A stretch of DNA of 49,576 nucleotides from Escherichia phage HK639: sequence record NC_016158.1, one strand, 5' to 3'. Both the position numbers and the translations under genes were made by a program. The notes below the pieces were generated by a model that was not told the DNA's origin, made no database searches, and worked only from the letters and a program-made list of their open reading frames with translations. Positions 26,074 to 34,723 of the stretch are shown one piece after another. Each line of letters begins with the position of its first letter. Positions within the stretch are counted from its first letter, which is position 1.

Positions 26074-27185
26074 TGGTTGCCAAAAATGGCATCAATTTTC
26101 CGTGCGTGTTCGCTTAAGTGGTTCGGTGCCAGGTGAGCGTATCGACGTACCATTTCGATGGACTCCCAGCCGCCCATTTCTTGCAGAACTGACAACGGAA
26201 CGCCGGACTGAATTAACCAGCTCGCCCAGGTATGCCGGAGGTCATGAAAACGGAAGTCTTCTATACCCGCTCTTTCCAGTCCAATGCGCCAGGCGACATT
26301 GTCATCCACTCGCATTTTGCGGACAGCCGGAGTGACGGTTTTATCCGGGCGCGTTGATGGCTTCGTGTGAACGAATACCCACCTGGAACTTTTCCCGATC
26401 TGATCCCTTAACACCCTGCATGCGGTATCATTCAGAGCCACGCCGATAGCCTTGCCCGCCTTCGCGTTCTCCGGATTTACCCATGCAACCTTTCTCTGCA
26501 TATCGACCTGCTGCCACTCCAGATCAATGATGTTGGAGCGGCGCAGGCCGGTTGCCAGTGCAAATATCACCACCGGCTTTATCGACTCCGGCATGCAGGA
26601 GATAAGCCGTTCTGCCTCGTCCCTGGTCAGCCATCGGATGCGTTTGCTGATCGGCTTTTTCGTTTTTATAACCGGGGCCGTTTTAATCCAGCCCCAGTCA
26701 TTAGCCGCAGCCTTGAACAGAGATCGCATGAAAGAAAGGTGCTGACTCTTTGTGGCCTGGCTTACCGGTTTCTCAACATACGGAGGCGGTTCCTTCCCCC
26801 GGCGTATAGCCGCGTCCCTGCGCGACTCCCAGACCTGAATATGCTTACGGTTGACCATCTTCGAAACAGCCTCATGAACCTGATCAGCTGTGATGGTTGA
26901 AATATCCCGGCCGGAGAAATGCCGCAGGAAATATTCGATTTTGGTCTTATCGTCATCGAGTGACCGCTTATGCTCCTTCTCACGGAGCCACCTGATGCAA
27001 CATTCCTCAAACGTCCTCGTCGGTAGTTCCCCAATTTTATCCACCCGCCACGCTTCAGCCTTCAGCTTGTCGTGCAGCTCCTGCGCTTGTTTCTTGTCCC
27101 CCGTACCAAGAGATCGTCTAATTCTTTTCCCTGACGGCGTAACGAAATGACAGTGCCAGACGCCGCCTCTGAGGGTGATTGACAT
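26022..27185 (-). CDS. int: Tyrosine integrase
   Basis: 387 aa; catalytic-region [10 protein letters not shown] and RYAHL; N-terminal arm-binding type [14 protein letters not shown]. Confidence 0.9.
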   Translation of the reverse strand: MSITLRGGVWHCHFVTPSGKRIRRSLGTGDKKQAQELHDKLKAEAWRVDKIGELPTRTFEECCIRWLREKEHKRSLDDDKTKIEYFLRHFSGRDISTITADQVHEAVSKMVNRKHIQVWESRRDAAIRRGKEPPPYVEKPVSQATKSQHLSFMRSLFKAAANDWGWIKTAPVIKTKKPISKRIRWLTRDEAERLISCMPESIKPVVIFALATGLRRSNIIDLEWQQVDMQRKVAWVNPENAKAGKAIGVALNDTACRVLRDQIGKSSRWVFVHTKPSTRPDKTVTPAVRKMRVDDNVAWRIGLERAGIEDFRFHDLRHTWASWLIQSGVPLSVLQEMGGWESIEMVRRYAHLAPNHLSEHARKIDAIFGNHDTNTTQGENQAGLKLA

Positions 27186-27397
27186 AAAATTTCTCCTTTA
27201 TGTTCACCCGCGCTCGCAGGAACAGGATCGCGCGGGTCATGTAAATACGCAATACAGGCAACGTCGGTCGTGCGGTATTTGTTCCCGATCTTCTTCCCGG
27301 CCAGCTGCCCCGAATCGATAAGACGGTAAACAGTTCTCGGTGAGACTTTCAGGAGTTTCGCTGCCTTTTGCGCAGTGAGTGGCTCTGCTGTAACCAT
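27062..27397 (-). CDS. xis: Excisionase-like HTH protein
   Basis: [32 protein letters not shown] (MerR/AlpA-type HTH) just upstream of int; the ORF overlaps the int start by 124 nt. Confidence 0.65.
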   Translation of the reverse strand: MVTAEPLTAQKAAKLLKVSPRTVYRLIDSGQLAGKKIGNKYRTTDVACIAYLHDPRDPVPASAGEHKGEILCQSPSEAASGTVISLRRQGKELDDLLVRGTRNKRRSCTTS

Positions 27398-27405
27398 CTC
27401 CCCTC

Positions 27406-27606
27406 CTATGACATTGTTTTATAAAACTGCGGGCCGTCGGGTGTGGCCGCGCGTAATTCGTTTTCCGCGTGCACTGAATAATTGCCGTCATCCCATCGCA
27501 CCCAGGCTTTCGGGTGATCGCCTTCCGGCTCCAGTTGACTATCAACCACGCCATGGATACCGCCGGTCTTCTTTTGGACTAATGCGCCCACATTAAAAGC
27601 AGCCAT
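27406..27606 (-). CDS. Small hypothetical protein
   Basis: 66 aa from the internal ATG (MAAFNVGALVQKK...); the upstream part of the track ORF looks non-coding. Confidence 0.45.
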   Translation of the reverse strand: MAAFNVGALVQKKTGGIHGVVDSQLEPEGDHPKAWVRWDDGNYSVHAENELRAATPDGPQFYKTMS

Positions 27607-27709
27607 TGCACACCTTCCGGTTCGTGAAGAAATGAGATTAGAGCGCCCAGCGCCATAAGTGCGGCGATGAGCCAGGTCATGGGGTTTTATTGCATGGTGA
27701 AATCCCAAT

Positions 27710-27730
27710 AAAAAACCCGCCAGAGCGGGT
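27710..27730 (-). terminator. Intrinsic terminator (minus strand)
   Basis: Minus strand reads ACCCGC-TCTG-GCGGGT followed by TTTTTTATT. Confidence 0.7.
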
Positions 27731-27749
27731 TTAGAGGTGCGAGTAAATG

Positions 27750-27938
27750 CTATTCGTTTCGAGTGCTTGCTTCAGCCTCCCACTCGGTAAATGCAGTTTG
27801 CTTGTTGCGCGTTATGATGTTGAACTTTCTTTCTAAATCAAAAACAGACCATTCACCGTTGGGTTTCTCTTCACATCTGACTAGATATGAAACTCCATTT
27901 ACAACAATTCGTCTGTCAATCTGGATAAATTTTTTCAT
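27750..27938 (-). CDS. Small hypothetical protein in an AT-rich patch
   Basis: 62 aa from ATG 27938 (MKKFIQIDRR...), SD GGGGTGA, followed by a terminator. Confidence 0.5.
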   Translation of the reverse strand: MKKFIQIDRRIVVNGVSYLVRCEEKPNGEWSVFDLERKFNIITRNKQTAFTEWEAEASTRNE

Positions 27939-28062
27939 TGTCACCCCATCAGAAAAGCAGAAATACTGTGTACATCGAATATTATTCCTGCATTCCAGCG
28001 AAACGGCAAAGTACATAATATTGTCTCACCAATAGCCAGCTCATAACTGGCTATCAGTTGCG

Positions 28063-28293
28063 TCAGTCGTCTTCATCTTCCTCCCAGTCCTCGTCGTAAT
28101 ATGGCGAGGCGAGAAGCGGATTGGTTGCGGATAGAACCTCTCCAGCGGCACCCTGCCGCTGAAGTCGACGAAGCGCTTCGTATAGCTCAAAGGCCTCGGT
28201 TCGCTCGTCACCTATATCGAGGGCGCATGCAACCTTGTGCGCCTCGGTGACTAGGGTTGATAGCTGGTTTCGGATGTCATGAATGGTGCTCAT
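28063..28293 (-). CDS. Small acidic hypothetical protein
   Basis: 76 aa from ATG 28293 (MSTIHDIRNQ...), SD GAGGAG, C-terminal DEDWEEDEDD. The upstream part of track ORF 28063-28515 is Arg/Pro junk. Confidence 0.55.
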   Translation of the reverse strand: MSTIHDIRNQLSTLVTEAHKVACALDIGDERTEAFELYEALRRLQRQGAAGEVLSATNPLLASPYYDEDWEEDEDD

Positions 28294-28301
28294 AGTTCTC
28301 C

Positions 28302-28541
28302 TCATGCCGCGCGCTGGGCACGCAGCTTCTTCAGGTGTTCTGCTGTTTCGATTTCTTCGGCGATCCGCTCGGCCTGTGCTTTGGTCAGCGGTTCGAATTC
28401 GTGCTGAAAGCGGCCCATGCTGGCGATGCAGGTGCGGCCGTTGCGGATGTAGTGGATTACTTCGTGGGTAGCGCGAAGGATTTTGCAGGGCGCGCCGTGG
28501 GGATCGGCGTACCACGTATTAGGCTGGATTATCCTGAACAT
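28302..28541 (-). CDS. Small hypothetical protein (DUF4222-like by recall)
   Basis: 79 aa, MFRIIQPNTWYADPHGAPCKILRATHEVIHYIRNG... Confidence 0.5.
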   Translation of the reverse strand: MFRIIQPNTWYADPHGAPCKILRATHEVIHYIRNGRTCIASMGRFQHEFEPLTKAQAERIAEEIETAEHLKKLRAQRAA

Positions 28542-28866
28542 TTGCTGACTCCTTCAAAAGAAGGTAGACGATTGCCACAGCGCGCAGAGGGTTACGGTGA
28601 GTGGAGCTGATGCCCGATTCGTGGGATGCCTGCCAGACGGTCTTACCTGATGGGGTGAGGCCGATCCGGTGCTTCTTCATTGCCGGGAATAGCTCTTCGG
28701 CACGACGCAGCGGGAAATAACCAGTGTTCTGCACCGTGTTAAACCAATTCCACGACAAATTGGCGCCGGTACTTTCATGCGGGTGAATGGTGGCGCTGTA
28801 TTTTGGCTTAAGGAAATAGGCCAGCCTGACGCTGATTTCCCCATCACTCAGCTTGCTGTAATCCAT
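28519..28866 (-). CDS. NinX/DUF2591-like protein
   Basis: Starts MDYSKLSDGEISVRLAYFLK at ATG 28866, coupled to the upstream ORF. Confidence 0.5.
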   Translation of the reverse strand: MDYSKLSDGEISVRLAYFLKPKYSATIHPHESTGANLSWNWFNTVQNTGYFPLRRAEELFPAMKKHRIGLTPSGKTVWQASHESGISSTHRNPLRAVAIVYLLLKESANVQDNPA

Positions 28867-29060
28867 CACTCCTCCTCCACATACAGCGACCAACCACTGA
28901 TGGCGTCAACCCATCGCTTTGTTTTGCGCCCAAGGCCATGCGTCCCCATGCGAAGTACTGCCTCTTTCCCGGCAACATCGACAACTTTGTAGAGGAAGCC
29001 CCGCGGCGACTGCCAGATCTCGCCAACTTGGAAGCGCTCACCTTTAAGTACTTTCGACAT
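28866..29060 (-). CDS. Small hypothetical protein
   Basis: 64-aa ORF in the operon, well-formed sequence. Confidence 0.5.
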   Translation of the reverse strand: MSKVLKGERFQVGEIWQSPRGFLYKVVDVAGKEAVLRMGTHGLGRKTKRWVDAISGWSLYVEEE

Positions 29061-29151
29061 AATCAGTGCTCCCTGAACTGTTCATTGATGCGGCTGACGG
29101 CAAACGCCAGCAAATGCAGGGGCCGCATTAGCGACCCGGTGATTTGTGCTG

Positions 29152-29811
29152 TCATGCGGCCTCCGTTTTGATCACGTCGATCGCGCATCCTGGCAGCAAC
29201 TGAACCGCCGACGTCGGGCACTGGTTGCCCCAATGATCCCACCCCGGCGCACCGCAACGACTGAACAACTCGATGCGCGGTACGTCGCCGTAGAGCAACT
29301 CAAGACGGTGGCGAACCTCCCACGGCTTTTCACTGTGGGCACCGAGCGGGCTGTAAACCACCTGCTTAATCCCGGCGTGCTGTCGCTCAAGCCCAGCGCC
29401 GCGGGTGGCAATCAGCAGGTCTTCGGTATTTGCACGGGTGTGGTTGCCGCCGTTCATGCGCGTCTCGGCGTTAAGCAGGTCGAGGAAGTCGTAAAAGTCG
29501 GTGATTTCACCCTCGGCCAGCGCCTTGTTGATGCGCATCTCGGCGTTCTGATTAAGCTTCACCCAGGTAAAGCCCTTCATCGTGCGAACGGTAAAGCCCC
29601 AGGCCTCGGCAAGTTCGATAGCCTCCTGGTTATGCGTGCCGGTGTACCACATCGCCAGCACCGAGTTTTCGGCGGCAAGCTCCCACACCGGCAGGCGCTT
29701 AATGTCGATTAGCTTCATGGTTGAGTAGTGATCGGCGGCAGCGCCGTTGCTGATGGTGTTGCCGTAAGACCAGGGCGGATCAGCGTAGATAAGAGCGTAT
29801 TTTCCGGTCAT
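29152..29811 (-). CDS. MT-A70 family DNA N6-adenine methyltransferase (orphan)
   Basis: YADPPWSY (DPPW) motif at the N-terminus, 219 aa, no adjacent restriction gene. Confidence 0.85.
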   Translation of the reverse strand: MTGKYALIYADPPWSYGNTISNGAAADHYSTMKLIDIKRLPVWELAAENSVLAMWYTGTHNQEAIELAEAWGFTVRTMKGFTWVKLNQNAEMRINKALAEGEITDFYDFLDLLNAETRMNGGNHTRANTEDLLIATRGAGLERQHAGIKQVVYSPLGAHSEKPWEVRHRLELLYGDVPRIELFSRCGAPGWDHWGNQCPTSAVQLLPGCAIDVIKTEAA

Positions 29812-29975
29812 ACATCCTCCCGCTCCGGATCGTTAACATCCCAGCCATTACGCTCAATATTGGTTTGCAGCCGCTTATCTCCTACCTCTTCAATGTTGCG
29901 GCCGGTAATCTCTGCGACCTCAGCGTTTGAGTGTCGCCATAGCAGTGCCAGCTCTTCGAGTGACCATGCTTTCAT
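29808..29975 (-). CDS. Small hypothetical protein (55 aa, MKAWSLEELALLWRHSNAEVAEITG...)
   Basis: Not in the track. ATGA-coupled at both ends (29972-29975 and 29808-29811). Confidence 0.45.
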   Translation of the reverse strand: MKAWSLEELALLWRHSNAEVAEITGRNIEEVGDKRLQTNIERNGWDVNDPEREDV

Positions 29976-30400
29976 AGCACTGACTCCATTTCGTCGATGT
30001 AGAGGCCAGCGGCAATCAGGCGGCTACGGCGGGCGGCACGTTCTATGCACTCCTGCCGTCTGCCTTCTTGTGATTGCTCTATGGCGCGCCGGGTGAATAG
30101 CCGCGATTTACCCTGCGGCGTAATGACCTTTGGCTTGCTGGCCAGGCTAAATTTCCGGTCGCAGATGCCGTCCTCGTTGATCCATTTTTTCGACTCAACG
30201 ATCTGCGCTATCTGTCCGGAGCCGCGGGTAATGCCGTTGGCGACCCGGTTAAATTCGATGAGCGTTACGCCAAACTTCTCGGCGATTTCGCTACCGGTGA
30301 CCGGGCGGCCTCGCGTCTGAATCATCCAGATAACGCGTTCACGGAGGCCGGAGAATTGCCCGGTGCGCCCGGGCCTGCGGTAGAAGGGTGTGCGTTTCAT
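29972..30400 (-). CDS. Hypothetical protein, possible DNA-binding
   Basis: 142 aa, basic, HTH-like GSEIAEKFGVTLIEFNRVANGI. Confidence 0.5.
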   Translation of the reverse strand: MKRTPFYRRPGRTGQFSGLRERVIWMIQTRGRPVTGSEIAEKFGVTLIEFNRVANGITRGSGQIAQIVESKKWINEDGICDRKFSLASKPKVITPQGKSRLFTRRAIEQSQEGRRQECIERAARRSRLIAAGLYIDEMESVL

Positions 30401-30408
30401 GGCTGCAC

Positions 30409-30891
30409 CTACTTGATGATGAGTGAAGGTTTGCCGAGTTTTATTTGCGCGCCAGGTACATCCACGCCAGCTTCTATTTGGTGTTTGATAGCCAATTTGT
30501 CTGGCTTGATGCTCGTCTCGTATTCGACGAATTCAGGAGGAAGTGCGCTGGCATCTGTAATCTCTACTGACTTGGAAGGCGCGCGAACCGTTACCTGATG
30601 AATGCCTGCCTTCAGTGATTTCTTTCCTGCTGTTTCGAGGGAGGTGGCCACATAATCTTTCATGCTCGACACACGGTTTTCTGCGGCTTTTGCGCGCTCT
30701 GCAAGACGCTTGCTTTCTTCTCTCAGCGCCTCGGCATAAGCAGATTCGTTTTTGCAGACAGCAAGGATCTGCTCGACCTTTGCTTCCAGCTCCCACTCAA
30801 TGCCATCAAGGGTGTCGGCTATCATTTCAGGCTCCATGCCTGAATCAGTCAGCTTTGCGAAATCATTGGCGATCTGGTAAAGAGCTGTCAT
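30409..30891 (-). CDS. Siphovirus Gp157-like protein
   Basis: From ATG 30891 (MTALYQIANDFAKL...). The pattern DTLDGIEWELEAKVEQI...KRLAERAKAAENR...PPEFV...PDK..IK matches the recalled Gp157 family. ATGA-coupled to recT. Confidence 0.65.
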   Translation of the reverse strand: MTALYQIANDFAKLTDSGMEPEMIADTLDGIEWELEAKVEQILAVCKNESAYAEALREESKRLAERAKAAENRVSSMKDYVATSLETAGKKSLKAGIHQVTVRAPSKSVEITDASALPPEFVEYETSIKPDKLAIKHQIEAGVDVPGAQIKLGKPSLIIK

Positions 30892-31808
30892 TGCGTAACC
30901 TCTTCGAATTTTGCTTTGCACTTGGCATAGACGGCCTGAACCTCTTGTTGAAGCTGCATTCCGACCGTCATTTTGTAAGCTGCCTGGAAGTGAGTTTTGA
31001 GAGCATGCATGTTTTTCGCCTGCTTCATGTCCTCACATAGTGACTGGATGGTGTTGATAAGTTCCTGTTTTGCGTTTTCTTCTGACTGGATGATTTCGCT
31101 TTCAGGGGTGTATGGCATAACTGGCTCGGTGTATATGCCTTCGCTTTCGTTGAGCACATCGACGGCATTATCCAGTCGGTCGGCACGCGGCCAGTATTTA
31201 TAGGCTCTCTTGACGATCGTCTTCCTGGCCATCTCAGACCAGAAGTTGACCCATGGGCCTTTTGGTGATGTTCCCGCTTTGCTCACTTTCCTGATTTCTT
31301 CTATCTCAGCGAGACTCATCTCTTCAGTGAGATAGTCGCCATCAGCGGTTTTAACTGTGCAGTAGCCACCGATAACGGCACCGCGAGCGTCAGGCGTGGC
31401 AAACGGGTTGTATTTATGAGCTGGCGCCTTATCGAGACCTAATGTCTCGTAGTCGTCGCTTGCATGAACTAGCTTGCACTGACCCCACTTGATGACGCCA
31501 GCCGACTGGGCGATGTGTAGAAGGCCCATATAGCTGATATCGAGGCAGACCATACCGTCGCGCGGAACCAGATAAGCCAGTTTGCTGGCAGGGTTCAGGC
31601 TAATGCCGACAGCTGCAACGTTGATAATCGCGTTCTGGGCGCTGGTGGGGTTGGCAATCGCCGTTTCTGCCAGTTTTTGATTGCGCTGGAATAACTGGAT
31701 GGCGAACTGGCATTCCTTTGCCCAAGTCAGAGACTGGTCGGTAAGGGCTCCGACAAAAAGCGGCTCCTGCTCCTTTACGAACTGAATCAGATCGAAGCTC
31801 ATAATCAC
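30888..31808 (-). CDS. recT: RecT-family single-strand annealing recombinase
   Basis: 306 aa; NAIINVAAVGISLNPASKLAYLVPRDG...LDISYMGL typical RecT core. Confidence 0.8.
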   Translation of the reverse strand: MIMSFDLIQFVKEQEPLFVGALTDQSLTWAKECQFAIQLFQRNQKLAETAIANPTSAQNAIINVAAVGISLNPASKLAYLVPRDGMVCLDISYMGLLHIAQSAGVIKWGQCKLVHASDDYETLGLDKAPAHKYNPFATPDARGAVIGGYCTVKTADGDYLTEEMSLAEIEEIRKVSKAGTSPKGPWVNFWSEMARKTIVKRAYKYWPRADRLDNAVDVLNESEGIYTEPVMPYTPESEIIQSEENAKQELINTIQSLCEDMKQAKNMHALKTHFQAAYKMTVGMQLQQEVQAVYAKCKAKFEEVTQ

Positions 31809-31811
31809 TCC

Positions 31812-32096
31812 TTAAAACGGGCAGCCGGTACGGTGTTCCCAGTCGTATTCCGCCTGGGCGTAAGCAACTGCCGAAATGAAATCGTTGTAGGCCTCGCCAG
31901 CTTTATCGCTGCGAAGTCCTTCGTATGGGCTGGAGTCAATCGGGACCGAGAAGTGGAAGAGGCCGGACGGCTCTTTTGGCATCATGTCGATGATTTTCTG
32001 CGCCCGGTCGTCGATCCACTTCTCTTTCTCGTCGTCGAGCTGCTGCTCAACCCAGCGCCGATTTTCGATTCGGTCGTAAGTGAGATATGCGTTCAT
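31812..32096 (-). CDS. Hypothetical protein
   Basis: 94 aa from ATG 32096 (MNAYLTYDRIENRRW...). Confidence 0.5.
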   Translation of the reverse strand: MNAYLTYDRIENRRWVEQQLDDEKEKWIDDRAQKIIDMMPKEPSGLFHFSVPIDSSPYEGLRSDKAGEAYNDFISAVAYAQAEYDWEHRTGCPF

Positions 32097-32174
32097 GGCT
32101 GAACTCCTGAAATTTGGATGTGCAGATCCCGCCCGCAAAAAGCCAGGCCGATCGGTTGAATAGGGTGGTTAATA

Positions 32175-32381
32175 TCAGTGAACCATCGGCTCGCCGCGCT
32201 CATTCAGCAGCACAACGACGGAATCACTTTTGATGATGGTTTTTTCGAAGATGTTGAAGGCGTACAGGCCTTTCTCAACGTTCGCAGAGGCGCGATAAGT
32301 TTTGCCGTGGTGTTGCAGCATTGTGCCCGGTAAAACCTCGCTACGTGGCACTGATGCGGTGCCATAGTGCATTCCGATCAT
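32175..32381 (-). CDS. Small hypothetical protein
   Basis: 68 aa, ATGA-coupled to the upstream small ORF. Confidence 0.45.
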   Translation of the reverse strand: MIGMHYGTASVPRSEVLPGTMLQHHGKTYRASANVEKGLYAFNIFEKTIIKSDSVVVLLNERGEPMVH

Positions 32382-32536
32382 ACCTTCACCTCAACCTGTT
32401 TCAGGAGGCCAGCGATATGCATCTGCCAGCGGTTCAGCGTCAGCTTGTCGCGCGGTGTCGACACCGACGTCAGCTGCCATTCGTTATCGTTGAGCTTTTT
32501 GGCGGTGTACTGCTTGCCGTTGTGGGTGACTGTCAT
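32378..32536 (-). CDS. Small hypothetical protein (52 aa, MTVTHNGKQYTAKKLNDNEWQL...)
   Basis: Not in the track; ATGA-coupled at both ends. Confidence 0.4.
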   Translation of the reverse strand: MTVTHNGKQYTAKKLNDNEWQLTSVSTPRDKLTLNRWQMHIAGLLKQVEVKV

Positions 32537-33048
32537 GATGCCTCCCTGGCTTTGGCATTTGCCGCATTGATGGCGTCAATGTTCATCAGGCAGTAGATAG
32601 CGCATTCTGCGTCGTAATCACTCAGCCCGCCGCTTGCCAGCTTGTTAAGTGCAGTGCCAGTTAAGCCGATCTTGAAGCAGATAGAGCCGTGCTTAGGGCC
32701 ATATCCATAACGATGATCTTCACGCTGGTCGCTCCATTGGGCGTAGTTTTTAGTGCCAAAATAACGCTCGCTCAGGCGCGGAAACCCGGATGCAATGTCG
32801 TTAATCGCATCTTCAACACACCCGCGCCGCTCCATGCTTTGCTTCGGGTCTCCGAAATTAACGATCGTCATGCCATGCTGGACCATCTCAACCGTAAGGC
32901 CTTTATTGGCCTGGTTGATTCCTTCAGACACGGCAATCAACTCCTTTCCGATACGTGAGGTATCGTCAACAAACTTCGCCTTCAACTGAGCCAGCTCAGC
33001 TTCAATTGCCATTTTCTTTTTGGTCAATTCGATAAGAGTCATAATCAT
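32533..33048 (-). CDS. Hypothetical early protein
   Basis: 171 aa, N-terminal coiled coil, no family recognised. Confidence 0.55.
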   Translation of the reverse strand: MIMTLIELTKKKMAIEAELAQLKAKFVDDTSRIGKELIAVSEGINQANKGLTVEMVQHGMTIVNFGDPKQSMERRGCVEDAINDIASGFPRLSERYFGTKNYAQWSDQREDHRYGYGPKHGSICFKIGLTGTALNKLASGGLSDYDAECAIYCLMNIDAINAANAKAREAS

Positions 33049-33178
33049 CTCCGCGCTTAAGGCCGCGCCGCCGAACGTTAAACAAGACTTCTGCGCTTGT
33101 GCGAAAAATATGCTGGCGGTGGATGGCCGCCGGTTGTCATAAATGGGCAGACTCGAAAATCTGCCTATGTATGGCCGA

Positions 33179-33200
33179 TAAAAAACCCGCCGGAGCGGGT
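33179..33200 (-). terminator. Intrinsic terminator (minus strand)
   Basis: Minus strand reads ACCCGC-TCCG-GCGGGT followed by TTTTTTATC, abutting the stop of the membrane-protein gene. Confidence 0.75.
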
Positions 33201-33649
33201 TACTTAATTAGTGAGGCTGCGTATTCGAGGAGATACAGTTTTGGGGCCAGCCAGATTTTTAGCCACGTCAGGTCAGATAAGATGACGAAGGCGATGACCG
33301 AATACAGGAACATAATGGTTCCAAAAAACACTGACGAAGCACTGATAGTGCCGTCTTTGTCCCAGACCAATGTTGGTCTATATTTTGGCTTGCCGCGTTC
33401 CCATGAATATCCCTCTTCGCCATAAACTCCGTCCTGCTCGCGCTTCATCATTACCCTGAAGAATTTAATCGCAACCGGGATAGTCGCCAGAATAACCAGC
33501 GTGAGCATCATGCTTTTGGTGAATTTCCATACCAGCAACTGATGCACAACCTCCGGGATCTGCGCTTGGCTAAATGACACCGCAGCATCGATGCCATTCG
33601 CCGCTTTCTGTAATAGATCAACGAGAATTTTGTTCGCTTGTTCGTTCAT
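33200..33649 (-). CDS. Membrane protein (two or more TM helices), possible superinfection-exclusion function
   Basis: 149 aa; hydrophobic stretches MMLTLVILATIPVAIKFF and VFFGTIMFLYSVIAFVILSDL; own terminator. Confidence 0.65.
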   Translation of the reverse strand: MNEQANKILVDLLQKAANGIDAAVSFSQAQIPEVVHQLLVWKFTKSMMLTLVILATIPVAIKFFRVMMKREQDGVYGEEGYSWERGKPKYRPTLVWDKDGTISASSVFFGTIMFLYSVIAFVILSDLTWLKIWLAPKLYLLEYAASLIK

Positions 33650-33693
33650 AATTGCCCTCTGTCGTTACCCGCAGATGCGGGAGAAATGCTTTG

Positions 33694-33765
33694 TGGTGGA
33701 GTGCTCCGGATTCGAACCGAAGTTTTCATGGGTGATCAGTCCATGCAGGCCCAGCCACACCCCAC
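33694..33765 (-). ncRNA. tRNA-like element (canonical T-arm and ...CCA end, reduced D-arm, 9-nt anticodon-like loop)
   Basis: Minus strand reads GTGGGGTG-TGGCTGGGCCTG-CATGG-ACTGATCAC-CCATG-AAAAC-TTCGG-TTCGAAT-CCGGA-G-CACTCCAC-CA. An 8-bp closing stem is possible. It does not fit a standard cloverleaf. Confidence 0.4.
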
Positions 33766-33887
33766 TACAAAACATTCCAGTTATTGCCGGGGTATTTATC
33801 CGCGCCCGGCGCGCGCTTTCCCGCTATTCCCCAACAGCAAGAAATCGCTTACTCTTTAATCTCCCCAACAGTAGAAAGGATATATTC

Positions 33888-34109
33888 ATGCAAACCATGC
33901 GGACCGTGTGCCCTGACTGCGGAAGTGAGATGTTCAACCAGCCCGATGATTTTGACTTTGAGACAAATTTCACCGGCGTCAGTTGTGCTGACTGTGGTCG
34001 AGAAATCACTAAGGACGATGTTGTCAATCAGGCCACGGACACGGTCAAAAAACAGATCGACGACATGCTCAGGAATTCCCTGAAAGGAACTGGCTGGAAG
34101 TTCAAGTAA
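33888..34109 (+). CDS. Zinc-ribbon protein (73 aa)
   Basis: CPDC...(21 aa)...CADC pairs; SD AAAGGA; codon usage looks coding. The exact-antisense 115-aa ORF is judged a shadow, but that is not certain. Confidence 0.6.
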   Translation: MQTMRTVCPDCGSEMFNQPDDFDFETNFTGVSCADCGREITKDDVVNQATDTVKKQIDDMLRNSLKGTGWKFK

Positions 34110-34145
34110 CCTTAAAAGCTCCCCGAACTGAGTAAGAACCTCACT

Positions 34146-34181
34146 GGCGTCTACGTTAAGCAGTAGTGGCGCCGTTTTTTT
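34146..34181 (+). terminator. Probable terminator after the zinc-ribbon gene
   Basis: Interrupted stem GGCG/CTAC...GTAG/CGCC followed by G+TTTTTTT. Confidence 0.45.
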
Positions 34182-34388
34182 ATCTGCCATACACACCCCT
34201 CTGTTTGTTTACCGTCAGCCCCTCGCAAAGAGCTGCTGGTAAATCGTTTAGCCATAATTGCCGCTCTTCCTGAGCCCGCCTATGGTCCGACGCATGGTTT
34301 ACTGTCGCGCCGTTCGACTGACCGAATCTCCACTTCGCCGCTGGCTAACTTCCCTCAGCTATCGATGTTTCGTTTCGATGGATTAAAG

Positions 34389-34448
34389 ATAACCTTAGTT
34401 ATGAGTGATGGCAATAACCTAATTTATAATATCAATCACATAAGTTAT
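34389..34448. promoter_or_regulatory. OL-like operator cluster (three cI-type sites)
   Basis: ATAACCTTAGTTAT (34389-34402), ATAACCTAATTTAT (34414-34427) and ATCACATAAGTTAT (34435-34448). Compare the OR sites ATAAC(C/A/T)-NN-GGTTAT. Spacing 25 and 21 bp, in an AT-rich promoter-like context. Confidence 0.6.
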
Positions 34449-34525
34449 AAATTAATGATAACTAAATGAATTTATTTTTGTAAATCATGAGTGCTATGCT
34501 CACAAAAACAGCAGGAGGGATGTGC

Positions 34526-34723
34526 ATGGTTCTGGATGAAGAGCGTATAAGCATGAAAATTCAGGCGATGGGGCGGGCGGTGATGGAATTGTCACTGGCT
34601 GATTTACCCATGACCCAGCAAAACATCATCGACAAGCTGGAGCAGTACCGGAAGGAAACAGGAAACGTGATAGGGAAGGGCGTGAACAGGGATGCGGCTG
34701 AGATAGTGTGGAAAGGCTTATAG
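34526..34723 (+). CDS. Small regulator-like protein (possibly YmgB/AriR-like)
   Basis: 65 aa from ATG 34526 (6 nt after AGGAGGG). MGRAVMELSLADLPMTQQNIIDKLEQY... loosely resembles recalled AriR. Confidence 0.45.
   Translation: MVLDEERISMKIQAMGRAVMELSLADLPMTQQNIIDKLEQYRKETGNVIGKGVNRDAAEIVWKGL

Noticed and set aside
29063-29155. 30-aa minus-strand ORF (MTAQITGSLMRPLHLLAFAVSRINEQFREH) coupled to the methylase stop with a GGAGG SD
   Set aside because: Plausible but too short to support without conservation or translation data, so it is not listed as a feature.
29146-29712. 188-aa plus-strand ORF
   Set aside because: Exact antisense of the DPPW methyltransferase gene, which has a clear motif and operon coupling on the minus strand.
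33849-34196. 115-aa minus-strand ORF (MCMADKKTAPLLL...) with a decent SD (GAGGGG)
   Set aside because: It is the codon-for-codon antisense of the zinc-ribbon ORF, whose two CxxC pairs are unlikely by chance, and it uses many CTT/TTA/AGG codons. The rejection is tentative, because a leftward pL transcript would run in this direction. Ribosome profiling would settle it.
34262-34269. boxA-like CGCTCTTC (7/8 match to lambda boxA) as part of a nut site
   Set aside because: It is on the plus strand (wrong direction for pL), has no adjacent boxB-type hairpin, and no N-like Arg-rich protein is encoded nearby.
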